From Octopus vulgaris (Eukaryota): a stretch of 64,000 bases of DNA. The notes below the pieces were generated by a model that was not told the origin of the DNA, searched no databases, and saw only the letters and a list, made by a program, of their open reading frames with translations. The stretch is taken from assembly GCA_951406725.2 (NCBI GenBank), contig OX597830.1:41044001-41108000 (forward strand), in the 5' to 3' direction. Made by a program: the position numbers and the translations under genes. Positions 1 through 12,169 of the stretch are shown here, piece after piece (the stretch's first letter is position 1; the number at the start of each line of letters is the position of its first letter).

Positions 1-544
1 GTGGGTTGGATGGATATCTATATATATATATACTTTGTTTTTGGATTTGGTTTGCAAGATTCCTCATGTGAGTTCGTGTGTTGAAGCATATTTTGTTGTG
101 TCTAGGGAGAGTCAGTCTCTTTTAGTGCTTTATTATTCAACATACTCACCGGTAAGGTTTCTGCTCATTTACTTATTTACTTTTCCTAAAATTTGCGTTG
201 CATTTTGCAACCTTTTCAATAGGTGTTGACTCTGCCTGTTATATGTACAGGAGGATACTTTTACAAAAACTTGTCGATATAGACTCTTATCAATGCTTAG
301 AATATTGTCATTGCATTTCAATTTCAGTAGATTATATCGAATCACTTTAAACACCGACACCTTATTCTTGAGTGGATTGTGTGTCTATGTCCAAGTAAAA
401 TGTTTGTGAAAGAGCAGAAATGGGTTAAATCACAGTGTGTTTATTTCAAAGAAAGAGAAGAGGTTCATGAGAATGAGGAAAGTTTAAGATTTCACAGAAA
501 CTTTATATCTTATATATGTCACTTTTGTCAATAGTCGGTACGTG

Positions 545-872
545 ACTGGCCTGGTTCTCTGTTGATTACCACGATGAGCAGTGCAGTTGACCTAATCAAT
601 GAAAAAGCCTGCTCGTGAAATTAGCATGCATGTGGTTGAGTACTCCACAGACACATGGTACCCTTCACGTAGTTCTCTGAGAGATTCAGCATGACACAGA
701 TTGTGACATAGCTGGCCCTTTGGATTACAGGTACAATTCATTTTTGCCAGCCTAGTGGACTGGAACAATGTGAAATAAAGCAATGTGATATAAATGCATG
801 TCTGGGAATTGAACTCTGGGCTCAATAATCATGAGCCAAATGCTCTAACCACTAAGCTATGCCACCTCTACA
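545..872 (-). mobile_element. SINE family B (different tail)
   Basis: Reverse-complement head CTCTAACCACTAAGCTATGCCACCTC. The tail is shared with the fragment at ~47215-47400. Confidence 0.7.
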
Positions 873-3325
873 TTGAGAGATTATTGTATTGTTATTGTTG
901 TTGTAGAATAAATAGTTCGTGAAGTCTGTTAACCACTCATTCAATATTCATTCTGTTGATTATTAAATTCAGGCTTTCATTATTTCAATTAGTTTTGTAC
1001 ATTTGAATGTGTTATGATCCTTGTTGTTAGCCTTAATGACGGGCATATTTTATTTGAAGTAGCTGTGACTCCCATTTGTTCGCTAGACTGACAACAAACG
1101 GCCAGGAATTATCTAGAAAAGAGATGTTTATACGAAAGAGAGATAGAAAGAGAAAAGTAGGAAGGAGAAAACACTATAGTATATACACATGCTAATGTAT
1201 ACGTGCTCATCAGCATATTACATGAATTAACAAAAGCCTATGTGGGAGCCGTATCTGGTCATTCACCCTGCTAAAAATAGCAGCTAAATTCTCTCGAATT
1301 ATATCCTTTCATCTTAAAACAAAATAGGAAGGTCTTATTGGGCAATGTTGTTCTAGATGGGATTGTCACTTCTGGAATATTCTTAATCTTACAAGTGCTC
1401 AATCAAGGTTGACCTGAGGCTAAACTGCAACAGGATGCAACAAAATATCCCAACAAGAGTAAACTAATAAAATTCTTCTTCATCATCATCATCATCATCA
1501 TCATCATTTAGTGTCCATTTTCCATGTTGGCATGGGTTAGACGAGCTTGCTACAAGTATTATCATTTTACTTTTTGGTCACAATGATGATAAGTGCCATT
1601 GGCTTCTTTTTTTTTTATCAAATATTAGCTCTCTGTTGTATTAGTACTTCGAACATCCTATCAAGGACTTGACTGTGCGATGTGTCCTTTTTTTCTTTCT
1701 TTAAGCATAGCCACTCACCAATGGAAATGTCTAACGACACTGAATTGCCAACCCATACTTTAGCACATATTTTGTACCCCTGTTTAGCATCCCTGTTCTA
1801 AATTTAATCCACAATAGGATTAGTCTTGCCTTTTAACTTCCTATGTTGGTGTATCAAGCACCAGCAACAGCTCAAGGTCAGTTTATTTGTGTATATTTAT
1901 GTCTTCTAAAAAGAAATCAATACTTTTGCTTATATTCTCATGTTACCATGCATTTGATAGCTCTATAAATTTAAATATTAGAAGCAAGTATTTTATAGCT
2001 TGACCCCTTTTTCTGATACCAACCACTTAACCATGGACTATGAATCCTACCCTCTTTGTTTACCATCTGCTTTTACTGAAAAAGATCATTAAGAATAAAA
2101 TATTCTGCTTGTAGCTGTGGTTGAACTTATGGACCTCAAGACAATATTTTCCTTCTTTAACTACTCAACCACAATATCTCTTTAACCTCTTTATTTTGAC
2201 TTCTATTATTTATCTGATTGTTTATTTTTTTTTTATTGATTGTTTTTTTTTCCCTTTCTTTGCTCATCAGTTCTCTGGCTCATTGTTCATTATAGCAAAC
2301 TTTACTGCAAAACCTGCTTGGATACTAGAACAAAGAATATAGATTCTCTTATATGCAATGTTTAACCATTCATCTTCTCTGATGTTCAACATAGAAACCA
2401 AGAACTAAAGGCCCATAAAACATTCTGTTGAATCAATGAGACAGGCTATAAACTAGCAAATATGGGTACTTCTGGCAGCTTACAGGTTGAAGAAGTTAAA
2501 GAGTTTTTATCCTCTCTCATGAATGGATGTTGGAGATTATAGCTTGTTTCATTTATTTTTCCATTCCAGCATTGACATTTATTACTTCTGGAACCGAATT
2601 TCTTTTCTAATATTGATATAGACTCAGTGAAATATTTCCCTAAGTATAGTGTACTATCACTTCAACCTCTTAATTTAGATGCAGCGAGAACATTTTGGAA
2701 CAACTGGAGTGGTCCGGCTGTTGTGAATTGCTGTTGTTGTTTTACTTTTAACCCTGGGTCATACATGATTGAGCAGACCTGTGATGAAAGGCACTCAACT
2801 TATGACCATCTCATTATTTTTTTCTTCTTTTTAGATCATAGGATATAATTTCAATTAAAGGAGTGGGGGTGGTGCTTGTTAATTCCAACAGGCTGAGTGA
2901 CCATGTTCGATTACAACTGACCACTGTCAACCATAGCCACCCTTAGAACTTTTCTTGTTTGCATCTATGCATGGTGAAGTTGGCTTATTTATTTTTGGTC
3001 GGTCACAATACTAATACCTCTGTTGTGACTCACAGATGATCTTCTCACTGTTGGTCAAGTTGTTATTGAACCAAACTAACTATCAAAAGAAGCATCAGTC
3101 ACCCTCCCCTAACTCCTGCACTTCCCTGACTCATTACCAGCAGCAGCAGTGTAGATCTATGTTTCTCTAAAGCCAGTTAACTCAGTTCATTTATCCATTA
3201 ACAGGTGCCATGCAGATGTACAACTATTTACTTATTAAAAACAAGGGTGCTGTAACAATGGAGAGTGACAGTTATTGTTTAATAACTGTAATGTCTCAAA
3301 TCTCCCTCTACCATGGGCCAGTGGA

Positions 3326-3545
3326 CAGTGCCATCTTAAGGCGTGGGTACATTGGGCAGTTACCTGGGGCCCAATTGTGATCTTTATATATGTTGCAGCT
3401 ACACACAATAGGGGTCAGTGCATGGATTTACTTGAGGGTGTCACATGTCTTGGGACCCAGTTCAAATCTGTGTATGCTGTGGATTGCTCTCAATTGATAA
3501 ATACTATAGGGCCCAGGGGTCTATAATGCTACTGAGGTGACTTTG
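3326..3545. mobile_element. Old hAT-type MITE
   Basis: GC-richer island with degenerate ends resembling CAGGGCCGTCTTAA...TTAAGACGGCCCTG and internal GGGGCCC motifs. Flanked by a near 8-bp duplication CCAGTGGA (3318-3325) / CTAATGGA (3546-3553). Confidence 0.5.
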
Positions 3546-3621
3546 CTAATGGAGGTGAAATGGATACAATAGTAATAGTAGTAATAGTAGCGGTGTTGAA
3601 AGTAGTATCAGTTGTAATATT

Positions 3622-3836
3622 CTTTTCTACTCTAGGCACAAGGCCCAACATTTTTGGGGAGGTGGCCAGTTAATTAGATTGATCCCAGTATGCAACTGGT
3701 ACTTAATTTATCGACCCCAAAAGGATGAAAGGCAAATTCGACCTTGGAGGAATTTGAACTCAGAATGTAAAGACAGATGAAATAGTGCTAAGCATTTTGC
3801 CTGGCACACAAACATTTCTGCCAGCTTGCTGCCTTA
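3622..3836 (-). mobile_element. SINE family A
   Basis: Reverse complement of the family A head and core; flanked by direct repeat AGTTGTAATATT (3610-3621 / 3841-3852). Confidence 0.8.
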
Positions 3837-3863
3837 TAGTAGTTGTAATATTAACTAACAAAG

Positions 3864-4081
3864 TCAGCAAGCTGGTAGAATTGTTGGCATGCCAGGCAAA
3901 ATGCTTAGTGGCATTTTGTCTTGTCTTTATGTTCTGAGTTCAAATTCCACCAAGGTAGACTTTGCCTTTCATTCCTTTTGGGGGGCAATGAAATAAGTAC
4001 CAGTTAAGCACTGGGGTCAATATAAATAATCTGCATCCCCACCTTCTTCAGAATTGCTGGCCTTGTGCCAAAATTTAAAAC
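3864..4081 (+). mobile_element. SINE family A
   Basis: Head, core and tail present; flanked by TAATATTAACTAA (3846-3858 / 4082-4094). Confidence 0.8.
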
Positions 4082-4943
4082 TAATATTAACTAAGATACA
4101 CAAAACAAGTTCCTAGTGAGTTCCTTCAGAATTAGGGAACAAATTGATAATTTTATTTTTTTTGTCTTTTAAGCGGTAAAAAATTCATATATTCATTTTG
4201 TTCATACATCAACAATCTTTGCTTATTTTTCTTGAAAAATATGGTTTTATTTTTTAAATCCTAAAACAGCATTTTTTCCCTGCCTTTCTTATTTTCTGTC
4301 TTTTGTTTTCCTTTTTCTTTTTCGGTCTCTCAGTATGCTAAATGATGGTACAGGAATAGAAAGAATCAATCTCCACAGTCATTTCACTTCTTAATATATG
4401 TAGCCATCAATTCCAACCATTTTCATTTGGACAATCTCAAGCAGCCATTTCCACCTTCCATTTCCACCTTCCATTTTTGCATTTTGTTTGTCTTTATTTT
4501 TATTGCTCTTTTTTTTTTTTAAACATTTTTTTTCTCTTTTACTCATAATTTTGCTTTTGTTAGTGGCCTACTTACCTTCTGTATATTCATGACCTAACAG
4601 AATTATGCAGAATTATGGTTTATAAAAGAACTGAAATGAAAGTGTGTACATGTGCACATAGGGAGTAAAGATATACATACATATACATAATACACACACA
4701 CACACACACACACACATACACACATATATATATATATTTATGAGTATATATAATAAAAGGCAGCTGAAAAGTAGTAGTGGTCGTAGTAGTGCTGTAAGAA
4801 CTATCCAGTACATGACAGAAGCAGTAAAGAAAACAATTGTCCAAAACAAAAAAAATTAGAATTACGATAATAATGATTTCAAGTATGTTCTTGAATAATC
4901 TATATTCTTCAAGCAAGTCAGTGTGTATGTGTATGTATATGTA

Positions 4944-5019
<76 letters not shown>

Positions 5020-6324
5020 GAAGTGTGTTTGCAAAAGTGCAAGCATTTGTGAATGTATTAATGTGTATGTGCTTTGAATAGTTATTTTTCATGGGTTCAT
5101 TTGATACCAACTGGTATTTGATGAACTCTTCATAGGTCCATTATATGTGTGTGTGTGTGTGTGCATGAGAGAGATAGAGAGAGAAGAGACTGACAGACAG
5201 AGGGTTATATGTTCATAGAGAGATTTGGTACGTTATTAAGTTGTCATTCAACTGTGGCTCTATCCTACTGACAATGCCTTTTGAGAATTGTATGAACATC
5301 ACAACATTGATATTTCTTTTCCCAAAGAAATATGAAACTCCATACTTTTGTCAGAAATATTTGTGTGTGAGAGAAAGAGAGAGAGAGAGAAAGAGAGAGT
5401 TATGGTTATTTGGGTTCGGTTATTGGATTCTTCTGTAATCTCAAGATTATTAGATTTCTGACATAATATTCACAATACGTTCGTCTGATAGTTCAACTGC
5501 CAGCAGCAGCAGCAGCAACTAGACAATTTTCTCTTTCCATCCTTATTTTCTTTCCTTTTTACCCATCATGCAGTGGTTCAAATCAACGAAATCAGCCAAT
5601 CATAAAACAGCAATTTCAGTAACAGCGTTTATTTCCTCCTTTATTTAAAATGTTAACACCACACTCCTTTATTTAACATTAAAAAAGTGCATTTTATACT
5701 GCACAACATTTACAGTTGATGCATTTATATATTTTGGCAGTAAATTTGTCCATGGTGAACATCTTATTGCGTGTGCATACAGTTGAACGACCATTGTTAT
5801 TATTAAATAATGCAAAATTAGTGAAGTGGTTGAAATGTTAAGAGTGCTGTATTATATAAATTTCCGTACAGCTATCTATGTATTTGAGTTCAAATCTCAC
5901 TCTGTTCAACTTTGATATCATCTTTTCAATAAGATAAGCTAGGATTAGATATGGGCATCAATAAAATTAACTACCCCTCTCCTTCCTTTTCCTCCAATAA
6001 TTCTGTGACAGCAACACAAAGCAAAATTAGTTTGTCATATAAAGTGGAGATTTGTTCTTTTCCTTAAAATGCTTAAATATTATGCTTTACTCCTCTCTGT
6101 TCCTTATTAGCATAATGTTACCCCATTTTGGGTCCATAGTTTTCCCAGCTGTATAATAACCTCAATAGTGTTACTGGTACAAAACAAAAAAAAAGCACCC
6201 TTTACACCTGTAAAGTAGTTGGCATTAATAAGGGCATCCAGTCATACAAACTATACCAAAGCAGACACTGGAGTATGATGCAGTGTTTGGTCCCATTGGA
6301 TCCTATCAAACTGTCCAATCCATG

Positions 6325-6549
6325 TGGAGGTGTGTGGCTTAGTGGTTAGGGTGTTGGACTCATGATTGTAAGATTGTGGTTTCAATCCCTGAACTGGGCG
6401 ATGCATTGTGTTCTTGAACAAAACAGTTCATTTTACATTGCACCAGTCCACTCAGCTGGCAAAAGTGCAATGGTCCAGTGTCTCTTCCAAGTGGGGAATA
6501 TATATGCCATGAAACTGGCCCTTAAGAGTCAGTGTGACTTTAGAAGGAA
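6325..6549 (+). mobile_element. SINE family B nested inside a family D repeat
   Basis: Family B head and core interrupt the family D sequence between ...CCAATCCATG and ATGCTAGCAT.... Confidence 0.75.
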
Positions 6550-6599
6550 TGCTAGCATAGAACATGGACATTAAATGATGATGATGATTTTGATGTGTG

Positions 6600-6912
6600 T
6601 GTGTGCATGGCTCAGTGGTTAGAGCATTAGGCTTACAATCATGAGGTAGTGATTTCAATTCCTGGACTGGGCTGTGAGTTGTGTTCTTGAGCAAGACACT
6701 TTATTTCATGTCACCCCAATTCATTCAGCTGTAGAAATGAGTTGTGACATGACCAGTGCCGAGGTGTATCAGGATTTGCCTTTCCCTCGGACAACATCAG
6801 TATCATGGAGAAGGGGAGGCTGGTGTGCATGAGTGACTGCTGATCTATAAAAAAACCTTGCCCGGACTTGTGCTTCAGAGGGGAACTTTCTAAGTGCAAT
6901 CCCATGGTTATT
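6600..6912 (+). mobile_element. SINE family B
   Basis: Head, core and tail ...GGACTTGTGCTTCAGAGGGGAACTTTCTAAGTGCAATCCCATGG. Confidence 0.8.
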
Positions 6913-7140
6913 TGAGATTGAAGAGGTCTTTACCTTTTTACGTATATATATATATATATATATATAGGATTGTTTGTAGAAACACATAAATCCGGAGGAG
7001 AAGCACACTCTAAGATGTAGGGCAGTAAATATTATAGTAGGCGAAGTCAGTTTATGGGGTTATAAACTGCCAGATAAGAGCCACCACATTATTATATAAG
7101 CTGTGCCAAACAGAGGTGCCACCACATTATTATATAAACT

Positions 7141-7187
<47 letters not shown>

Positions 7188-7189
<2 letters not shown>

Positions 7190-7360
7190 CTACACTCACG
7201 GAGTGGTTGGCGTTAGGAAGGGCATCCAGCTGTAGAAATATTGCCAGATAAGACTGGAGCCTGGTGCAGCCTTCTGGCTTCCCAGATCCCTGGTCAAACC
7301 GTCCAACCCATGCTAGCATGGAGAACGGACGTTAAACGATGATGATGATGATGATGATGA

Positions 7361-7363
<3 letters not shown>
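7188..7363 (+). mobile_element. Retroposon family D, 5'-truncated
   Basis: Near-identical 3' end and (GAT)n tail, inserted in (TA)n. Confidence 0.8.
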
Positions 7364-7393
<30 letters not shown>

Positions 7394-7400
<7 letters not shown>

Positions 7401-7711
7401 ACCATAGTTTATGAATTTAATTCATTCCTGAAGGCCGTTCATCACATGAAATGTCCATAAACCATAACTATGTTTCCTGTAAGAAATTCACAAGAATGTC
7501 CATCATATTCAAGCTGGGATGTATACTGAGTGAAAGCCAGACAACGACTGATGCTCTCTCATTAATACTCTCAGCTTGTCAACAACTGTTCTTACTTGCT
7601 TGCATGTTCGTTACTTGAGACACCACTCATCATCAGAGACATTTTATGTTTGAAAATTTGTTTGTAAACTGATTTGTTCATAAGTGGTATTCGTAAACCA
7701 AAATTCCACTG
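7394..7711. mobile_element. pogo/Tigger-type MITE
   Basis: Degenerate TIRs (TAT)TGGAACCATAGTTTATGAAT ... ATTCGTAAACCAAAATTCCACTG followed by TA; left end abuts (TA)n. Confidence 0.65.
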
Positions 7712-8323
7712 TACATATATATATGTACACACACACAAACATGCACTCATATTTCATCCGGAATGGTCTGGATAATATGCAATTCTGTTTATCATAGATA
7801 GGAAAAAGCATATATATGTTTGTGTGTGTGTGTGTTATTACATGACTTTTATAATTGCCATATCCCAAAATACATAGTTTTGTTGAGGATTTATTAAATT
7901 CGTAATCTAATTGCGAGAGAGAGAGAGAGAGAGAAAGTGAGAGAGAGGGGGGGTAGAAGAAAAAAAGTTCTTTTCATCAATCATACATTCACATGAATCA
8001 ACAAATCTTAATTGTATTTCTTTCCTTCTCTCTTTGATATCTTAGGAACTTTTTCTTCGTTATCAGTATTTTACAATTGCATCTGTAGGCTATATATATA
8101 TATATATGATAATGATGATATATATATAGAAATTTGTGTGTGCATGCACACAGACACACACACGGATTCACACACACACACATACATATATACTTATATA
8201 TATATGTATATATAAGTGATAATATATATGTATGTGTGGATATGTACAATATGTGTATATATAGATATATGTTGATATATAATTCTGGATGTGTGTATAT
8301 ATGTGTGTGTATATATATGTATA

Positions 8324-8379
<56 letters not shown>

Positions 8380-8954
8380 CTTTGTTTTGTATGTGTGTTT
8401 TAGTTTTGTTGTTTATATTCATTTTCTTAATTTGCAGAGAACTGTTCTTCCTTTACTGCCTACAGTTAAAAGTCAACTTTTTGGATTATTGGATTAAGCA
8501 ACACTACATTTGAGATTTTTAATTTTTAAGTGTGTGTAGAAGGTGGGTGGTTGGAGTGGAGGAGGGTAAAAATGGTGGCAGCAGTGGTGGTGGTGGTGGT
8601 GGTGGTGGTGTGTGTGTGTGCGTGGAGAAGGTGAAGACAAAATGAAATAAAATGAAGAAGCCTCTCCAAGAATTCTTTTCTCACTCCAAACTTTTGATTC
8701 CATTAACCTTTTATGCTAAATGGCACCAAACCATATTAAAAGGCAGAGTATATTATTATTTGGAATTGGTTTTTGAAGTTGTATTTCGGCAAAGAAATGA
8801 ATCTCGCCTCTTTCTCTTTTTATTCTTCCGTTCTCTCTCTCTCTCTTTTTCTCTCTCTCCATATAAATATATATCTTCCCTGTATCTCTCCTTCTCTTTC
8901 TATGTATTTCTTTCCCTCTCTCCTCTCTATATACATGTGTGTGTATCTATATAT

Positions 8955-8986
<32 letters not shown>

Positions 8987-9172
8987 CTTTGTGCATGTAT
9001 TATATATATATATTTTTCTTAATATATCATAAAGTGGCTGAGAAACAAATCTCTTCATTGGATATCAAATATTTTGTTGGGTTAACTTCCGTTTGCTGTT
9101 TATTTAGGCCGTTGTATGTAATTCTGTGTCCAACAGCATATATTGATTCCGTTTTTTCTTTATATTTTTCAG

Positions 9173-9456
9173 ATTCCATGAATGTACCAGATGTTTTAGC
9201 TCAATATGTACCTGGGCTTGTTCGTCACCTTGGACTTCATCTTTAATGTCTTAAAAATAGGATTTTAAATGAACAATATGGATAAACAAAAGGAACCATA
9301 CTGATCCTCCATCCTTATTACAATGAGGACATCTCGAAGTTTTAAGTTCCTTTATCGTCGTATTTTTGAAGCTACAGAGCACCAAATAGACATGTAGAGA
9401 CACTCTGCTTTAAATACACTCTTTAAGCTCATGTGAGCGGCGTACTGACGGGGAGA
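9173..9456 (+). other. 5' UTR part of the exon, with several upstream ORFs
   Basis: Polypyrimidine tract and acceptor GTTTTTTCTTTATATTTTTCAG| end at 9172. The sequence from 9173 is non-repetitive. Upstream ATGs lie at 9178, 9182, 9191, 9206, 9246, 9269, 9278, 9323, 9392 and 9431. Confidence 0.6.
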
Positions 9457-10631
9457 ATGAATTCTGAACCAGGACAGAGGAATGCTGTCACCTATGGTTC
9501 TGGATCCAATAACCTTCAGTTTGGAGGATTAACACATTTGCCGATCACGTTAAAGACTCCTGTACTTCACACTGGAATTGTAACCGGAAATGGTGCTTTC
9601 CCAGTTGGAATTCAGAGTCTTGATCGTGGAATCTCTTCTATAGTTAATGTGCCGAATGAGCTCCCAGCTGGCTACATGTCTGCTGCTACCGTCCCCATTG
9701 GAAGCATGCCAACACAGTTCAGCAGTTTACAAGGGACTTCTGAGGCACCGAACAATTGTTCCATTGATAAACTTTCTATCAACTATAAGAGTCTGCTGGA
9801 CAGTATTATGCAATCTCAAGGTGCTGCTGCTGCTGCTGCTGCTGCTACGTTGCCTAACTTTGATCATTTTTTGACACAATTTAACCAGCAGCAGCAGCAG
9901 CATTCCCCCCATAGTCAGCTGACCAGAGCAGCATCACTGAACCACAATGCCTTTCTTCAGGCGACAAGTTTGGAACTTCCTGCCAATCTGATGGCCTGCA
10001 TACAAGCACCAACCCCACAAATTAATCCTGGAAAGCTTAGTAAAGAGGAGGAAAACAATGTGGCTGAAGGTGATAATGCTCTGTTTAATGGTCAGAGCCA
10101 TCTTCCAGAATTACAAGAACTCGGAGACTCTGTATCGAACAGTTTTACTCTGCCTTCTCGGAATCTGCCATCAACTCCGTCTGTGGTTGCTGGTTCACTA
10201 GTCAGCCAGTTGTTGTCCAAGAACACCAATGCCAACACCATGGGCAACAATAGCATCAATAACGCCGAAGTGGTGGCCAGCTGTAATCACACTACCATCA
10301 CCACCACAACAATTACTACAACAACAAGCAGTAATTTTGGATCGTTAATGCCTGCCCATGTACATTCACAGGTGGCTATTCCAACTGTCACGATGCTGAC
10401 CACAAAATATCCTCAACCTGTAAAACCAAATAATAGCAACTCACAACAGACCCCTTCTTCACACCAAATGAACAGTCGGTGTACTCAAAAGTCTGCGTCA
10501 GCCACTGATACAGTGGAACCACCCCTAACATCAGAGTTGCCATTCTATCCAAAAAAACTTTCCTTTTGTAGTGTTATTACACCTTTAGGCTGGAAGCGAG
10601 TTATAGAAGAAGGAGTTATTATATATTACAG
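9457..10631 (+). CDS. MBD5: First coding exon of an MBD5/MBD6-like (six-banded-like) methyl-CpG-binding-domain protein; long low-complexity N-terminus followed by the first half of the MBD; 3'-partial
   Basis: Only long ORF in the window that is not a simple-repeat translation (9433-10635). First ATG is at 9457, with an in-frame upstream TAA at 9424-9426. It ends at a strong donor TACAG|GTAAGA (exon end 10631, phase 2). The C-terminal TPLGWKRVIEEGVIIYY(S) aligns without gaps to my recall of MBD5 [21 protein letters not shown] and MBD6 VPVGWQRCVREGAVLYISPSG. This short WxR-to-YxS spacing differs from MBD2/3, MeCP2 and BAZ2. The symbol denotes the MBD5/6 group. Confidence 0.75.
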
Positions 10632-11537
10632 GTAAGACTATATTTTTCTTTTGCAAGTATTACTATTGTTTGTGTTGCTATTTTCAAGAATCATTGTTGC
10701 TACACTTTTTAAAAATTATTTCCAATGACTGTTCCTTGTTCTATCCATGGATGATTTTTTTCCCCATAAATGTGCCTGAAGGGAAAGTTCAGACATGAGA
10801 GTGACAAATTCTACATGTAATTGTTTTGATTTGTTCTTTTTAGCAGCTAAATCTTTTTTGGTACATTCCATGGTATCTTTACCAAAGAAGGCTCTAGTTA
10901 CACATTTCAAATTCTAAATCTTTGGACAATTTCTCCTTGATAAACAAAATAAGTAAAGAGAGAAAGAGAGAGAGAGTGGGTGGAGAGAAAGTGAAAGTTG
11001 ATTGTACGCTGGATGTTTGGCTCAAACCAAACTACCTGGCATTGTTTCAATTTGAGAAAACACAACTCAGATATTGGACTTAACTGATTCTAATAGAGTT
11101 TCAGAATTGTGTTAGTCTAATTGCTGAATACATGCCATCATTAACTTGGGATTTGACTGGAAACAATCTTTACAGTGACGCTAACCATGAATTGGGTTAC
11201 ATATCTGCATATCTGCATCACAGGATTCATTGACTTATTCCAGCTGTCAGTGATCTATCTTCAGGAAGCAGAGCTTACCAAAGTCATTGAATAACACAAA
11301 TAAAATCGATCATTACTTTCAGTTACCCAACATGCATCATCTATTTACATAACGTTCCCGTGGCAGAGTTGTCACTTCTCCTGTAGACACTATCCAAGAC
11401 CATTTATTTATGGCCAACCATTTTCTGAGTTTGCTTGGTCTTTGAAAAATGGTTTAACTGTTTCATTATAATCATTGATGGCATATTACACTGTCATAGG
11501 ACATTGGACAAAATGTCTTGTAATACTTAGTTACTGT

Positions 11538-11950
11538 AAGGTGGTGAGTTGGCAGAATTGTTGGCACGCTGGACAAAATGTTTAGTGGCATTTTGTCCAT
11601 CTTTATGTTCTGAGCTCAAATTCTGCCGAGGTCAACTTTGCCTTTCATCCTTTTGGGGTTGATGAAATAAGTACCAGTTGAGCACTGGGATCATTGTGAT
11701 CAAACTACCCCTCCCATGAAATTGCTGGCCTTGTGCCAAAATTTGAAGTCAATATTTAGTTATTGTGGGCTGGTGGATCGTTACCATGCCAAAAAAAGTG
11801 CTTAGGGACATTTCTTCTGACTTCACATTCTAAGTTCAAATTCTGCTGCGGTTGACTTTGCCTTTCGTGCTGTCAGTTGTGTACTGGGGTTGATGCAAAT
11901 GACTTGCTCCTTCCCCTGAAATTGCTGGCCTTGTGCCAAAATTTGAAACC
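11538..11950 (+). mobile_element. Two tandem SINE family A copies (11538-11750, 11767-11950)
   Basis: Both have the B-box and core. They are bounded by three copies of TTAGTTA(C/T)TGT. Confidence 0.8.
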
Positions 11951-11962
11951 AATTTTTAGTTA

Positions 11963-12169
11963 CTGTTTTTTCCAGCATACAAGTCATTGTAGAATATAGC
12001 GTAAACATATAGCGCAACTACTCAAACGTCATCTCTGTCTTTTGAAATTCTGCTGCATTTCACATAGAATTTTTGGTACTCCAAAGTTGTCTTGATACAT
12101 AAGACAACCTACCATTTTTGATAAAAAATTTTGGTCTAGAAAATCCAACTTCCATGCTAGAAAATACAG
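11963..12169. mobile_element. pogo/Tigger-type MITE (CCGTATTTTC-like ends)
   Basis: TA-CTGTTTTTTCCAGCATACAAG ... CTTCCATGCTAGAAAATACAG-TG; similar ends at 57782-57971. Confidence 0.6.

Noticed and set aside
1600-2150. Possible minus-strand reverse transcriptase relic (also ~11240-11350 and ~24180-24450)
   Set aside because: Only faint, frameshifted motif resemblance; cannot be supported without a translated search.
7080-7146. Short tandem duplication GCCACCACATTATTATATAA (also ~43544-43666)
   Set aside because: Ordinary local two-copy duplications with no further signal.
9433-9456. GTG start given by the ORF track, and stop at 10633-10635
   Set aside because: This is a eukaryotic locus, so ATG 9457 is the likelier start; the TAA lies inside the GTAAG splice donor.
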